A stretch of DNA of 63,923 nucleotides, from contig JAUZTB010000127.1 of the NCBI GenBank assembly GCA_034780895.1, positions 33,023,829 through 33,087,751 on the forward strand, given 5' to 3'. This document shows, piece after piece, positions 22,901-35,480 of this stretch; the first letter of the stretch is position 1, and every line of letters begins with the position of its first letter. The notes below the pieces were generated by a model. That model was not told where the DNA came from, did not search any database, and saw nothing but the letters and a program-made list of their open reading frames with translations. This stretch comes from Rhynchobatus australiae. Taxonomy: Eukaryota. The position numbers and the translations under genes are program-made.

Positions 22901-24864
22901 AGCCCATCCTTCCCATTGTCACTCGTTACTTTTACATCAACTATAAACCATACAAATGACACCAACTTTCATATTAGATGGAACATAGAATATAAAACAG
23001 AATGGAGCTTTAAGTTGGTTTGTTTAAAAATAGAAGCACAGCATCCTGGAAACAGAAGCAGTTTGGTCTTCACAAATATCCAATGGTGAAGGGAGGGGTG
23101 AGGTGTGCTTCTTGCACCTACTCAGTGTGCCCAGTCTATGCAGATGCTAGACTCCCAAAATCATACCAGATGTGCCAGTACATTGGAGCCAGTACATGCC
23201 TGCAGGCAGCAGCTACAAATGGCCGCCTACACTGAACGTGGGCCCCATTAAGTGGAATTCAAATGGTAATCAATTACCAGCAGTTCAACAGCAGCACAGT
23301 TGGGAGTTTACATCCTTTCATGTTTGAGTGAGGCAAACCAGAGAACCACAGTGGTCCATTCCACAGCTGGGAATAGAAACCATGTTACATTATTCTGAAT
23401 AAAGCACTTAAAAAACTCACTGGTTTTGTCATATACTAATTTTTAAGGAGATTCTCAGGTCTGAGACACATCGATACTTTGAACATGTGAGCTGCCATTT
23501 GTTTCTACCCAGTCTGACCAATTATTTTGAAATGTGGCCAACTGGTAATTGAATTGATGAGAAAACCTTGGCTCCAAACACTCCCATATTTCACTCCGGA
23601 GTGAAGAAACCAATAGAATCTTACTTTCGTTATGTGCAAATAAGATGGGTGTTGAAAAGACATCGGTGCCAAATAGAAGGAAGAAACACTTGGAGTGCAG
23701 TTTTTCCATTTGTAACTTCACATGTTGTCAATTTAAGAAACTGTGCTTTTCAAAACTGTTGAAGATCAGGTAGTGTGAATAATGGCCACAAGTCAGGAAT
23801 CGACAGATTAAATTCCAAGAGCTGAATAGGAAACCGATTGCAGTTTTCATGGCGCAAATACCTTAAAGCTGTTCCACAAATCCACTGTTACTGGACAGGA
23901 TGAGTCAGAGATGGGAAGCTAGATGATGACGTGGTAACTGTGAGTACATGATGATTTTTTTCTATTTTTCATTTCCAGTTGTCTAACACAACACAAGTGG
24001 AAATATTTGCAGGTTTTAACACAAGTTGTTCAACAGAACTAGTGTTCTTATTTAAGAAGCTGAGAACATCGCCAGAGGTTCAAAGCCAACATATGCACCA
24101 CCTTTTAAATATTAGCAAAAAGTATTTGGATTAACGTCGGGTAATCACAGTCTATAATCTGCTGAGCAGTGAGCAAAAAAAAAGCTGAGAAATCCCAAAT
24201 TCATGGCGACTGTCAGAATAATTCAGTTGCTGTTGACACCTTCAACATTAATTTAAAACTGTTTGGCAATCAAAAATATCCATTGCCCCCATGAAATACA
24301 TTCTAATAATTGTTGTTAGAGGGAGGTTTGTTTTAAGAAAAAAATCTTACTTCTGTTATGACAAATATAACTAGGGTTAAAAGGATTCTTGCATTGTATT
24401 CATCTCTATGACACGGATGCTTCCATACCGAAAACACACTGGACCCATTCACTTATTGAAGCCTGTTATTTGGACTTTTCCCCACACACTGAAAGACTTG
24501 AATTTACACATGAACAGTGTCTCAGCCATAAAGTTTAGTTCACCCTCATCCAAAATGCCATCACTAAACAAAGATGACACCTAGGACACACATATACTGA
24601 CCCTATAGGACAAGGTTCACCTCCATAAATGTGGCTTTGGAAACAGTGCTGGAAGAAAAGTTGTGTGAAGCTTTACTTGCAAAGTGTCGACTTCAAAAAA
24701 AAAGTCTTAAAAGATGCTACATAATATCAAAAGATGAAGTATACAAACAACAACTTACTGAAAATAGAATTGCAATTGAAGATATTACACTGGAATTCAC
24801 CAGATAAAAATTCTTTCGTACTAGCTATCCTCTAAATCTCAGATGTTCAAGGACTTCTCTCAGT

Positions 24865-24980
24865 TGAAGACACAAGACTGCAGATGCAGGAATATGGAGC
24901 AACACACAAAACACTGGAGGAACTCAGTGGGTAGACAGCATCTACGACCACAGAGTTCCTCCAGCATTTGGTATGCTGCT
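24865..24980. mobile_element. short palindromic Penelope-LTR derivative
   Basis: AAGACTGCAGATGCAGGAATATGGAGCAACAC...CTGGAGGAACTCAGTGG / CCACAGAGTTCCTCCAG inverted arms. Confidence 0.8.
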
Positions 24981-25280
24981 ACTTCTCTCAATTGTCCATT
25001 CTCCTGCATGCATCAGCTGCAAAAGGCCAGACCAATCTTAAAAGATACAGATAATTCAGTGATATCCTCAAACAACATTTGCTTGTGCACTTCCTATCAA
25101 ACAGTCTTATGCACACTTGCACTCTTGCCAAGTGGCAATAAAAGTTAGAATACAAACTAAAGGGGCCAATTGGTCTTCTACTCCTTGCTTATACCACCAT
25201 TAAATAAGATCATGCTCATCTTTTACTTTGGTGTCACCTAACCCCATATCAGTCAAAAGCAAGCTACTAGATTTGCTATA

Positions 25281-25385
25281 AGTATGAAACAAAAACAAAA
25301 TGCTGGAAATACTCAGGTCAAACAGCATCCGGAAAGAAAGAAACAGTTAACTTTTCAGGTCAATGAACCTTCTTCGGTTCTGACT
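25281..25385 (-). mobile_element. Penelope-like LTR fragment with hammerhead remnant
   Basis: AAAATGCTGGAAATACTCAGGTCAAACAGCATC...CAGTTAACTTTTCAGGTCAATGAACCTTCTTCGG; minus strand CCGAAGA AGGTTCATTGACCT GAAA AG TT AACTG. Confidence 0.75.
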
Positions 25386-27409
25386 GCAGTGTTCCTGTTC
25401 CTACTCCCATCCCAATCAAAAAAAAATGGACTGGAAAATAAATACAGCACCTTCCCATCTATATTGCTCCCTGGAATTACGTACTCTCTAGATCGTATCA
25501 ACCATTGGCACAAAGCACAACACTTGGTTGAATGAAGCATTTCAAATTTTGACAGAGAAAGCAAAAAGACTTGCACATTATTTTACCTTGCCTTTCTTGC
25601 TTTGTAGCTGTGAACCTCTTCAAATGAGCAAGGAATAACAGAAATGCCTGCTTATGAATTAAAATCAGCCAAGTTTAGCACTGGTTGTTAAATATTAGAA
25701 GGATTAAGGAGGACTTAAACTGTTTAAAGCAAATCCACATTATTGGATTAGATGGAGAATGGGCACTTATTTAACAGTGCATCAGTTAGCAACCAATTTA
25801 GGCAGGCATACACAGACTCACCCCTGGAAACAATGGGAAATTGAACTTTACTTCCCATATTATGGAAATTGCAAACAGGTTTGTTTCACATACTGAGCTA
25901 ATTTGAAAAATCTTATCCTCTAAGATTACACTGAAGTGCAGAGACAAGGATAAAGATCCTACTGCAAACTAATATAAGCCATCACAGATCTACATTTCAA
26001 TCAGTTCAATCAATTTAAGTCACTCTTACTTATTGAAGGTCAGAATTTAAAATGCGTTTAAACCAAAATAGAAAACTTTACTACTTCCTCAGCTCATCTT
26101 TTATACTTTTTCTACTAATTTCTCTACCATCTAGAGAATTTTCCAAAGATACCAAGCACCCTTCTGCACCCAATGGTGAGCTCCAAACCACAGAAGCCAT
26201 TTTGGTCAGGCTGATCTACTTAGGTGTCATGTGAAGAAATGGGAAGGAAACCCTGCCTTATACAGTTATCAATGTTAATTGGAAGTTTGCCCATCACCTG
26301 GACACAAATACTGCAGCTGTTTTCTGTGGTTAAGCTTGCTGAATGAAGGTCTGCGTTGTTCTCCTTTGAAAAGACATGAACCTTATGCAGAGTATGACAA
26401 CCCTTTCGCTCCATTTACAAAAGCACATGCTCACCATTTATTTTTTAAAAAATACAAGTTTGACTGTTCAATCCCACAGAATCTGCATTGAGTCATAGAA
26501 ATGTCAGTTGATTTTGTGCCCAAGCACAGATTTAAGAAGGGTTTGCAAACAAAACTAGAAGACCACTAAATCTGAAGGACTGATCCTTTGAACAGTCCAG
26601 GCAAGATGAAAATTGCAGTGGATGGAAATTTGAAATTGTAGAAGTGAAAACGTAGGTCAGTCAACATTTAAATAGGACAGGCAAACTAATTTTAAAGTTT
26701 TTGAAAAACTTAACCTTTTAATGGAGATAGTTCCATGTGGCCTAGCTGCATATATTTTAACCACGTTGAAGCAGTTGTTTAAGTTATGAGAATCACTTCA
26801 AGTACTCTAGTAGGGAACTGGCCTGATTATTAGAAAAGGCCAGTTTTTTTTTTAAAAATAAGCTTTTATATCAGCCGAGGGGATTTATAATATTTCATTA
26901 AATGTAAACAAAATTTAACATTCCCCCTTGTTGTTAGGTCAAAACAGGGTCAAGTTTAGTACCAGAGTTCACTGTCACATTGGGTTGTTGATNNNNNNNN
27001 NNNNNNNNNNNNNNNNNNNNNNNNNNNNNNNNNNNNNNNNNNNNNNNNNNNNNNNNNNNNNNNNNNNNNNNNNNNNNNNNNNNNNNNNNNNNATTGGGTT
27101 GTTGATTGAAGAAGCCCCTTGTTTCTGCTAGTCCCCTGTTGCCCAAGGAACCAATTTCTTAGTTTATCACATCATGGTGCCACAATGAAGCGGTATTTCA
27201 GTGGCCACATGAATGACACTGGCATCATGTACAAAGATATGCTAACACTACCAAGTGTATTGACAAAATGACACTCAATGCAAAGAGCTTTGTACTATTT
27301 ATTCTTTTGTAAATTAGGAATAAAGTTTATTTATGATTAAAAAAAATAGATGACTCAGGAACCGGAGTAATCGATGTCTGACATTATGGCAAACAAGTTA
27401 GTAGAAATC

Positions 27410-28015
27410 AAGAAAAATGCAGATGCTGGTAATCTGAAACAAAAACAGAAGATACTGGAAAACTCAGGTCATGCAGCATCTATGGAAAGAGAAACAGTTA
27501 ACATTTCAAGCCTGCAACCCTTAAGAGCTGGAAAGAGTGATGCAAGTTAGTTTTCAGAGGGAGGGATGATGTAGAACAGTCTGTGATAGGTTGAGTTGAA
27601 GTGGTTTAATGGTAACAGTTACCAGTACACATTAAGCTTACAAGCCTGTGTAATGATTTCTTAATGGCAAGGTAGTGGGATCTGCCCAGCAGGGTAGACA
27701 TACCAGAGTAAGACAAAAACAGAGCAGACATTATATATTTTTTTTTAAAAAACAGGAAATGATAGATTCTGGCTTCTGCCCTCTTCCTTTCCAGTCCTGA
27801 TAAGCTGCCTCAGCCCACTGCACAAGCTGTTTATTTCCCTCCATACATGCTGCCTGATCTGCTGAGTTCCTCCAGCACGTGTGTATTGCTCCAGATTCCA
27901 GCATCCGCAGCCTGTCTAAGGAAATGATAAACACTTAAAAAAACTAAGCAGGTCAGGCAACATTTGTGGGAAGAGAAATAGTTATGTATCAGATTGGGAA
28001 CACTTCAGACCAGAG
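27410..28015. mobile_element. cluster of three Penelope-LTR fragments (27410-27540 minus, 27765-27915 plus, 27935-28015 minus)
   Basis: GCAGATGCTGGTAATCTGAAAC...CAGTTAACATTTC; CTGGCTTCTGCCCTCTTCCTTTCCAGTCCTGAT...CTGAGTTCCTCCAGCA; AGCAGGTCAGGCAACATTTGTGG. Confidence 0.75.
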
Positions 28016-28499
28016 GGAGAACTGATCATATAGGTAACAGGAAAATGTCAGCAAAGCAAAAAGGGAATATATCCGACAGAGTAAATGTGTTTGCTAATTA
28101 GCTTGCTTTTGTGTGCTTAACAACATTGCTTGATGCTGGGGGAACAATTCAAAATTTAACATGTTCCTTATCAGATAGAAGCAATTATGAAGGAAACAGT
28201 TAAAACTTTTGAAGTGTTCATTTTTAAGCTGTGATCACTCAAGGAGTGCAATAACTTTCCTTTCTTTACCACCATTCATCCACTTAAACAGCATCCCAAA
28301 AAAACATTAGCTTTCATTCTGGTTGTCGAAGATTATTTGCATTAACAGCAAACTGGACAGGGGGGAAACACTTATTGAATTTGCAACAGTTTTTGTTCCA
28401 TCAACAATCCCAAATGAAAGTCCTGTAAAAAAGTGGGGAAGCTACTGAAAAATCAATTCCTTCTCCAGTGCAATCCTGATGGTGGTGCCAAGGCATGGA

Positions 28500-28596
28500 T
28501 ATGACACAGATAAGTGGGATCATTGTAAAGAGGTACAATGGGCAGCATTAACGTGGGCCAAGGGCCTGTTTCTGTGCCATACAACTCTATGATTCC
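28500..28596 (+). mobile_element. CR1 3' tail fragment
   Basis: GTGGGCCAAGGGCCTGTTTCTGTGCCATACAACTCTATGATT. Similar short tails at about 9865-9916, 33815-33872, 45395-45435 and 48020-48120. Confidence 0.7.
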
Positions 28597-31494
28597 AGGT
28601 AAAGGAGACGATGCTTCCAATTCTGGTGACCTGGCTAAGTACACACCAATTTAGCACCAGAGCATACATCTTTGTAACATTTGTTATAAGTAAATTAAAT
28701 GGTAGGTTCCAAAACCTGCTCTTCATTATTTTGCAGTTTATTTTTAATTTCATCAATTCTATTTGGTGCTCATCTAGCAGACTCCTACTGAACCTCTAGT
28801 ACCAATTATAGTGGCAATTATAAACAGGCCCCAGCTTCACAAGCAGCCTACCCCAAGATCTAGAGAGCCACTCAACCCACCCTAAAATTGACCAGCAAGA
28901 CTGAGGACTTCCTGCACCTCTGCTCTGGTGAAAGCACAAGCTAATTATATAGGAGGTAGCAATCTACTTCAGGTCCAGGTCTGAATTCCTCCATATTGGA
29001 CATCAATATGGTTTTCCTCAACCTTCTTATGAAGATGACAAATGGGAAGAATGGAGTATTAGTATTTATTGAAAAGGAAGCCAGCAACTCATCCCACCAC
29101 AGCCACATCTGCAGAGACCGGTAGGCACTTCGTGAACTGTACTGGCACCCAATGAGGTACTTCAAGAGAGCAATTCCTCTAATTTCAGAAGCCATTGGAA
29201 TAAATAAGAGGCCACCTGGTTTAAGTGCCAGCACCTGTCCAACAGTTACACCAGATTCAAAACCCCTCACTCCACATCTTCTAATGTACCAAAGTACATA
29301 ATGTTGTACATATCAGAATGCTAAAAGTCCATTCAACTCCCCTCAAATACATTGTTGTGCTATACCACAGCAACGGGTTAACACATCATAGCAACAACAG
29401 TACCATCTCCAAAAACAATAGCAACCGCAATAGTGTCAATTGGCAAACTGATTTGTAAAAATTTAAAAATCAAAAGACAAGGAAGTATTGAATAAATAAT
29501 GATCTACTGTCGATTCATGGTAACATCAAGCAATGCACATCTCCAACTTTGGTTCAAAAATCCAGTCCTCGCCTGGTCTCAGATGGACACCCCGAGCAGG
29601 TAAGGGCAAAACCATGCCAGCTGGAAGACTTCAAAGAAAGGGTGCACCGATTCCTCCACTCTCTCACCTGGTTGACATTTTAGCATCCTTAGCAACAGTT
29701 TGCTGGTTCATTTATTGAATATTTTCACTTCCTTTATTGGACAGATATTTAAAAGTCAAATAAGTAATTGCTTGGTAATTGCGTCATCATTAAATGTGCA
29801 TTTACAGAAATGCGAGTCCCTTAGGGCTCAGTGCCTGGTTTGGGCAAAGTGGCTCAGGACTGGAGAAAGCGAGCACCATAATTAGCTACCTCACCCCTAG
29901 ATTAGGAGAGTGGAAGGTATGAAAATGACAATTGACCTCCAAAATCACATTTGATTATATCACGAGAATGTTTAGTTGGAGATACTGCATGATATCCTTC
30001 ATTGAGAAATCTGCTGATGCCCCCATCTAAACTTGCATGTGAAAGACAGACAATTAGCCAAAGCAAAGCAATATTTGCAGCCCTGGGATTATTCTGGTGT
30101 TCCAATGAATCTAAGAATGTCCCTCACATTTTCTTCAAACAGAATTACTGTATTTGACAGGACAACCATAACGTGGAGTATTCAGTTGGTTCAAATTAAT
30201 AGTGATAGATTCAAACCACGATAATCTCTTGCTTTACTTTCAGGCCACTTGTACACAAATAGATCATCAATGCAGTCTGCTAGTGAAAGCAACATCTACA
30301 ATCTGGATGTAGAGTGTGAACAGTAATGAGGTTTCTCTAAACCAGGCCATCTCAAAAAAAGAGAAACAGAATACGTCTGCGATGGCAATACCATCAGTAA
30401 TGGAATTAGTTTTACAGCATAACGTTTGAAAGTACAGTACGTTGAATGCACATGCAGTTAAGCAGAAACCAGAGTTAATCTAAGCAGTACAGAGGGAAAC
30501 TAAAGAGGGTTAATCACACATAAATTGTAGTTTTTACTGAATTGAAAAGTTAAAAAAGGGTAAAGCAAGCAGATGACATAATCCCTTCAACTTCCTGCTA
30601 AATGGAAAAGGTTAAAATGTGTTCAGGTCGAAATTATGCCCAGTTAATGCACCTGGACTCAATTTCCATCTAAAAATTTAACACCCTTTATCCATGCCTT
30701 ACACACGGAAGTCATTATCCCCCAGAGTTCATGCAACACCATTCCCTGGACTCTACAGAACAGTCTCAATTATCCATCAAATCCAATCAGGGTACTCTTG
30801 CCAGTAAAAAAAGAAATATTGGTTTATAAAGATAACTTACTGTGTGAAATTTTCAGATGGTGCAAGCTTTGAATTGTTGCTTTGATTGCAAGTGACAGGT
30901 TCAAACTAGTACACTACAGGCCTGCCCTCAGCTCCAACACACTGCAAGTAATGCTGAAATTTCAATTTTGACTGCAGTAAGGTGAACTAAAAAAAATTCT
31001 GGCAGATAATGAAAATTCCACCTTACCTCAAACTGATGAATATGAAAATCAGTTATTGTTTCAAACAATGAAACAATAGTAAAAAGCCACGAGAACTGCA
31101 GGATATTTCATAAGAAAAATACAGAAGTTGCCTTGGGTGCGACTCCTCTGTGTGGGTCAAAAAAAACATTTAAGCATACATAACAAGTTGGAACATGCAG
31201 AGATTCTTGAAAAAAAACATCTTCAGCTACTTTTTTAAACAATGGAAAGCTAGAGACAAAACTGATCCTGGGAGGACTGTTTGAATGAAGACACTGGCCA
31301 AGTGAAATATAGTCTTTACAAAGTAGAGTTTGGCGCTTAAAGAATTTGGATAAACAAGCGAGGTGAAAACAGCAGTTCATTTTCCTACATAACAAAAGCA
31401 GCTTGCAAATGATTAACTGTATTCAAAGCATTGAGGTGACAAACTTTGCAATGCATGATATTTATGTATTCCTAATTCTACAAATTATATAATT

Positions 31495-32130
31495 TGACCC
31501 CAAGCACAGACTAGGTAACTGCTTTGCCAAGCACTTGCGTTGTATCCACCATGGCCATCAGAAGCTTCCATTTGCAAGCCATTTTTATTCTCTCCCCACT
31601 CCCACACCATCCTGTCTGCCCTGGGCCTCCTCCACTGCTAGGGTGAGGACCAACACAAACTCAGGGAACAGCACCTCATTCTGCCTGGGTACTCTACAAC
31701 CCAACAACACGAACACCGCATTCTCCAGTTACGGGTAACCTGCTCCACCCCATCCCTTTCTCTCTCCTCCCTATCTACCCAGTTCCTTCTACACCCACCC
31801 CACCACCCCCCCCCAGCCACTTATCACCCTGTTTCTTTCCCCTCTTCTACCTGCCCACCTCACACACACTCCTTCCACTGAGTCCACTCCCCCCACCGTT
31901 ACCATCTGCCCGCTCCACTTCCCTTATTTGGTTCTATGCTCCACCTTTTCCTTTCAGATTCTGTCAGGTCCTTTGTCACCTGCACCTATCACCTCCCAGC
32001 CCATCTTCTCTCCTCCATTTGCCCATCACCCGTCACCACCTGTATCCACCCATCAGCTGCCAGCTCTTGCTCCACCCCTTCAGTCCAAATGAAGAGTCAC
32101 AACCCAAAACTTTGGCTGTCCATTTCCCCC
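31495..32130 (+). mobile_element. Penelope-like retroelement 3' part plus LTR, truncated by a gap
   Basis: ACCCCAAGCACAGACTAGGTAACTGCTTTGCCAAGCACTTG (cf. ETKRRLGDRFAEHL), GAACAGCACCTCAT-TTCTGCCTGGGTACTCTACAACCC (EQHL.F.LGTLQP), C/T-rich UTR, and hammerhead remnant CAGTC CAAATGA AGAGTCACAACCC AAAA CT TT GGCTG at 32081-32118. Confidence 0.85.
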
Positions 32131-32572
32131 NNNNNNNNNNNNNNNNNNNNNNNNNNNNNNNNNNNNNNNNNNNNNNNNNNNNNNNNNNNNNNNNNNNNNN
32201 NNNNNNNNNNNNNNNNNNNNNNNNNNNNNNNNNNNNNNNNNNNNNNNNNNNNNNNNNNNNATGAACACACTCCAATAAGTACTGTTGGAATGTCTTTAAG
32301 AACCAAGAACAAAAGTGGAATAGGTCATCAGGCCCTTCAACTCATGACCTGCTATTCTTCAAGATCATGGCTGATCTTCCACCTCAGCTGTATTTTCTAG
32401 CTCCAACTTCAGTTTTCTGAAGTAGCTGATGACTCACTGGGACGGGGGTGGGGTGGGGAAGGAAGGACTGGCACCAAGTTCTACTACCGTTCAACTCNNN
32501 NNNNNNNAGGTCAAAGAACTGGCAGTACACAGTAAGTACTGTCCTTCACACCTCTAAATTCACTAAATCTGT

Positions 32573-32862
32573 AAGACATCTTCATTAGTTACATGTAAAC
32601 ACAGTGAAATACCCCTTTGCGTAAGAGTGTTCTGTCAGCAGCCTGCAAGTGTTGCCACGCTTCCAGCACCAAACAGAGCATGCCTACAACTTCCTAAGAT
32701 GTATGTCTTTGGAATGTGGGAGGAAACTGGAGCACCCAGTGGAAACCCATGCAGACACACAGGGAAAATGTACAAACTCCTTACAGACAGCGACAGGAAT
32801 TGAACCCAGGTCGCCAGCGCTGTAATAGCATTCCACTAACCACTTCACTACTGTGTCTGCCC
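32573..32862 (-). mobile_element. tRNA-derived V-domain SINE
   Basis: GTCTTTGGAATGTGGGAGGAAACTGGAGCACCCAG core and GGAATTGAACCC (antisense B box); same family as 21484-21767. Confidence 0.9.
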
Positions 32863-32994
32863 ATCTGCAATCTTTAATGACTTCCCAATGGCAATAATCC
32901 ATTCAACTCCTTAGGCCCCAATCACCAAACTTCCCTCCTTTCTCTGCTCTTTCAAAATTGTTTTGAGCAGCAATTTTAAACAAATTAATGGATC

Positions 32995-33150
32995 TCTCAC
33001 ACATTGCTCTGTGGGATCTTGCCACGCATAGATATACTGCTTGGCTTTTCTGCCTAATAACTCTGGATACACTTCAAAACTACTTTATTAGTTGTACAGC
33101 TCTTTGTGATAACCTAATGCTGTGAAGGGCACATTGGAATAAAAGTGCAG
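32995..33150 (+). mobile_element. Deu-domain SINE 3' fragment
   Basis: CACATTGCTCTGTGGGATCTTGCC...TACACTTCAAAACTACTTTATTAGTTGTACAGCTCTTTG...GTGAAGGGCAC resembles the Deu domain plus L2-like tail. Related fragments at about 34555-34700 (minus) and 41495-41620 (plus). Confidence 0.6.
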
Positions 33151-33240
33151 TTTACATGACAGACCAGGCTTTCGATCACCCATCCGAATGTTTAACTTTA
33201 TTTGCCAATTCTGGACGCTATACTAATGCTGCTGTTATCC

Positions 33241-33513
33241 TTAAGATATCTTTCAGTCACGTATATTGAAACAGACAGTGAAATACATCTTTTGAGTGGA
33301 GTGTTCTGTGGGCAGCCCGCAAGTGTTGCCACACTTCCGGCACCACCATTGCATGCCTGCTACTTCCTAACCTGTACGTCTTTGGAATGTGGGAGGAAAC
33401 CCACTCAGACACTGGGAGAACGTACAAACTCCTTACAGACAGTGGCTGGAATTGAACCTGGGTTGCTGGTGCTGTAAAGCATTACGCTAACTGCTACACT
33501 ACTGTGCCTGCCC
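33241..33513 (-). mobile_element. tRNA-derived V-domain SINE
   Basis: TAAGATATCTTT tail, GTCTTTGGAATGTGGGAGGAAACC core, GGAATTGAACCTGGG, and head end ...CTACACTACTGTGCCTGCCC. Confidence 0.9.
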
Positions 33514-34084
33514 TCACTATACCATCTGTTCAAAACTATGCTAATTCTTGCCATCTAGTTCCTTACCAACAGCCTTTGCTGGGAGTGGACAGCACCCTCA
33601 GTCACTGGCAGGATGTTGGCACCACATGTTACATTAGAGTGTTGGAGGGAGAAATCCTCTCTCCATTTGAGGATGAGAGTGATGCAGGCTGTAAAATAAC
33701 AACTACATAAATGCGTACGGGCAGTTATATCAGATGTTCCATGAGATTTTATATAACTGAAAAAATGCAGAGTCCTTCAGTCTGTGGTCCTACAGGCCAT
33801 ACTTGAGAACAACATGCCATCATGGACAAATTGGGCCAAAAGGGCCTGTTTCCATGCTATATGACTATGACCATCTCCAAGAATGCCATGGCTAGGCCTT
33901 CTCACCAGCCTTTCAGCACCAATGCAAGTTCAAAAACTTCAGACGCTAGGCTCCAAACACTGCTTTGCAGAGGAAAACTTACACATCTATCCGAGGGACA
34001 TGGCCAGTCATCTAAAGTTTGCTTTCCTGCAGGAAATGAGCCCATGTTCTACAGGAGATGTTGCATTACAGGCAGTAACGATAC

Positions 34085-34382
34085 ATGAGAAACAAAAGAC
34101 TGCAAATGCTGGATCTAGATTAAAAACAAGATGCTGGAGGAACTCAGGTCAGGTAGCATCTGTGGAGAAACAGATGGTCAATGTTTTGGGTCAGGACCTT
34201 TTTCCAGGTCTGAAGATAGGAAAAGGGAAAGCCCAATATATAGGAGATAAAGCAGAGCAGTGATAGGTGGACAGCATGGGCACAAGGTGGTGACAGGTAG
34301 ATACAGGTAAGAAATAGTGATAGGCAGGTGCAGGGGAGGAGGGGAGACCAACTGCTGAGTTCCTCCAGCATCATCTTGTTTT
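34085..34382. mobile_element. Penelope-LTR derivative with inverted termini
   Basis: AAAAACAAGATGCTGGAGGAACTCAG ... CTGAGTTCCTCCAGCATCATCTTGTTTT; long minus arm, short plus arm. Confidence 0.8.
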
Positions 34383-35329
34383 CTTTAGTGACAATATATT
34401 TGCCTCTTAGATGCCAAAGCCCTCAAACTCACCATCCTTCAAATGGTAATCAGTGCCAGTAAAATAGTTGGCACAAATTGCCCTAACAGCAAAATTAATT
34501 GCACCAGCAGGCAGTTCTGAAGTTCTCAAAAAAAATTCCAGTCAATTAAGAAAAATCGGAATTGTGTAGCACTTTTCACATCCCTGGTATATACCAGAGT
34601 ACTCTGACAAGTATTTCAGAACAACCATGGCTATACTACAGGAAACAGGATGGAGAAATTGTGCACAGCAAGCTCCCAGAAATGGGAACAAATAATTTGA
34701 TTTTATAAATTAGACAGAAGGGAATCTGGGCACCACTACAAACCCCAGAACTCTTATTGGCCTGATGAAAGTAGGAAAATGCTGGTTGAATGCAGACATG
34801 CACTCCAGAAAATGTGGGATGTGCCCTGAATGCACCCGATGATGAAATGTTAGAGCACTGCTAAAGAATGGCCGATAGGCAGCAACAGGCTGTACAAACT
34901 CTGTAACAGGGTGCCAAGTGTAACAAAGCCTTCTCAGGCACACTGCTGAAAGACAGCCAAGCAAAAAAAAGTCTTAGGCCACAGATGTTGTGGATGAACA
35001 GAGCCTTTCCCACAGTTTTTAAAAACAGCTCTTCATGAAGCCACTCCTCTTCTTCCTCTAACCATCCATCGAAAGACGTGATGCAGAAACAAAGCTTGTC
35101 ACAAGTGGCACAACCTCAATGTGGATCGTTAAAGAAATTAGTTGGGGGTGGAAGAGGGTAGGAAATCAAATCTGAAAGCAACAAGCTGAGTTACTAGAGG
35201 GCAGCTGTTGAAATTAACCCCTGGGAAAACCTTAAAAATAAGCCAAACTCATTAGAGCAGCAAATGGAGTGCCAATAATAATTTTTAGCAATAAAAGAAA
35301 ATATACCTCAGACTGGTGGATGCCAAGTT

Positions 35330-35480
35330 CTTTCAAGAATGGAGATCAATAGATTTTGGATACCATGGAAATCAGATGCTGCAGGAAAAAAATGGGGCAG
35401 CAGCATGGACTCAAGGTACAAGATTGGCCATGATCTGGCTGAATGGCTGAGCAGGTTTGAGTGGCCAGTTTGCCACCTCA
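35330..35480 (+). mobile_element. CR1 3' end fragment
   Basis: TTCAAGAATGGAGATCAATAGATTTTGGATA...GATTGGCCATGATCT...GAATGGCTGAGCAGGTTTGAG. Confidence 0.65.

Noticed and set aside
17004-31100. Other isolated GTAAG donors (plus strand near 17042, 21299, 29600; minus strand near 30836, 31022)
   Set aside because: No convincing acceptor plus open frame; such motifs are expected by chance in 64 kb.
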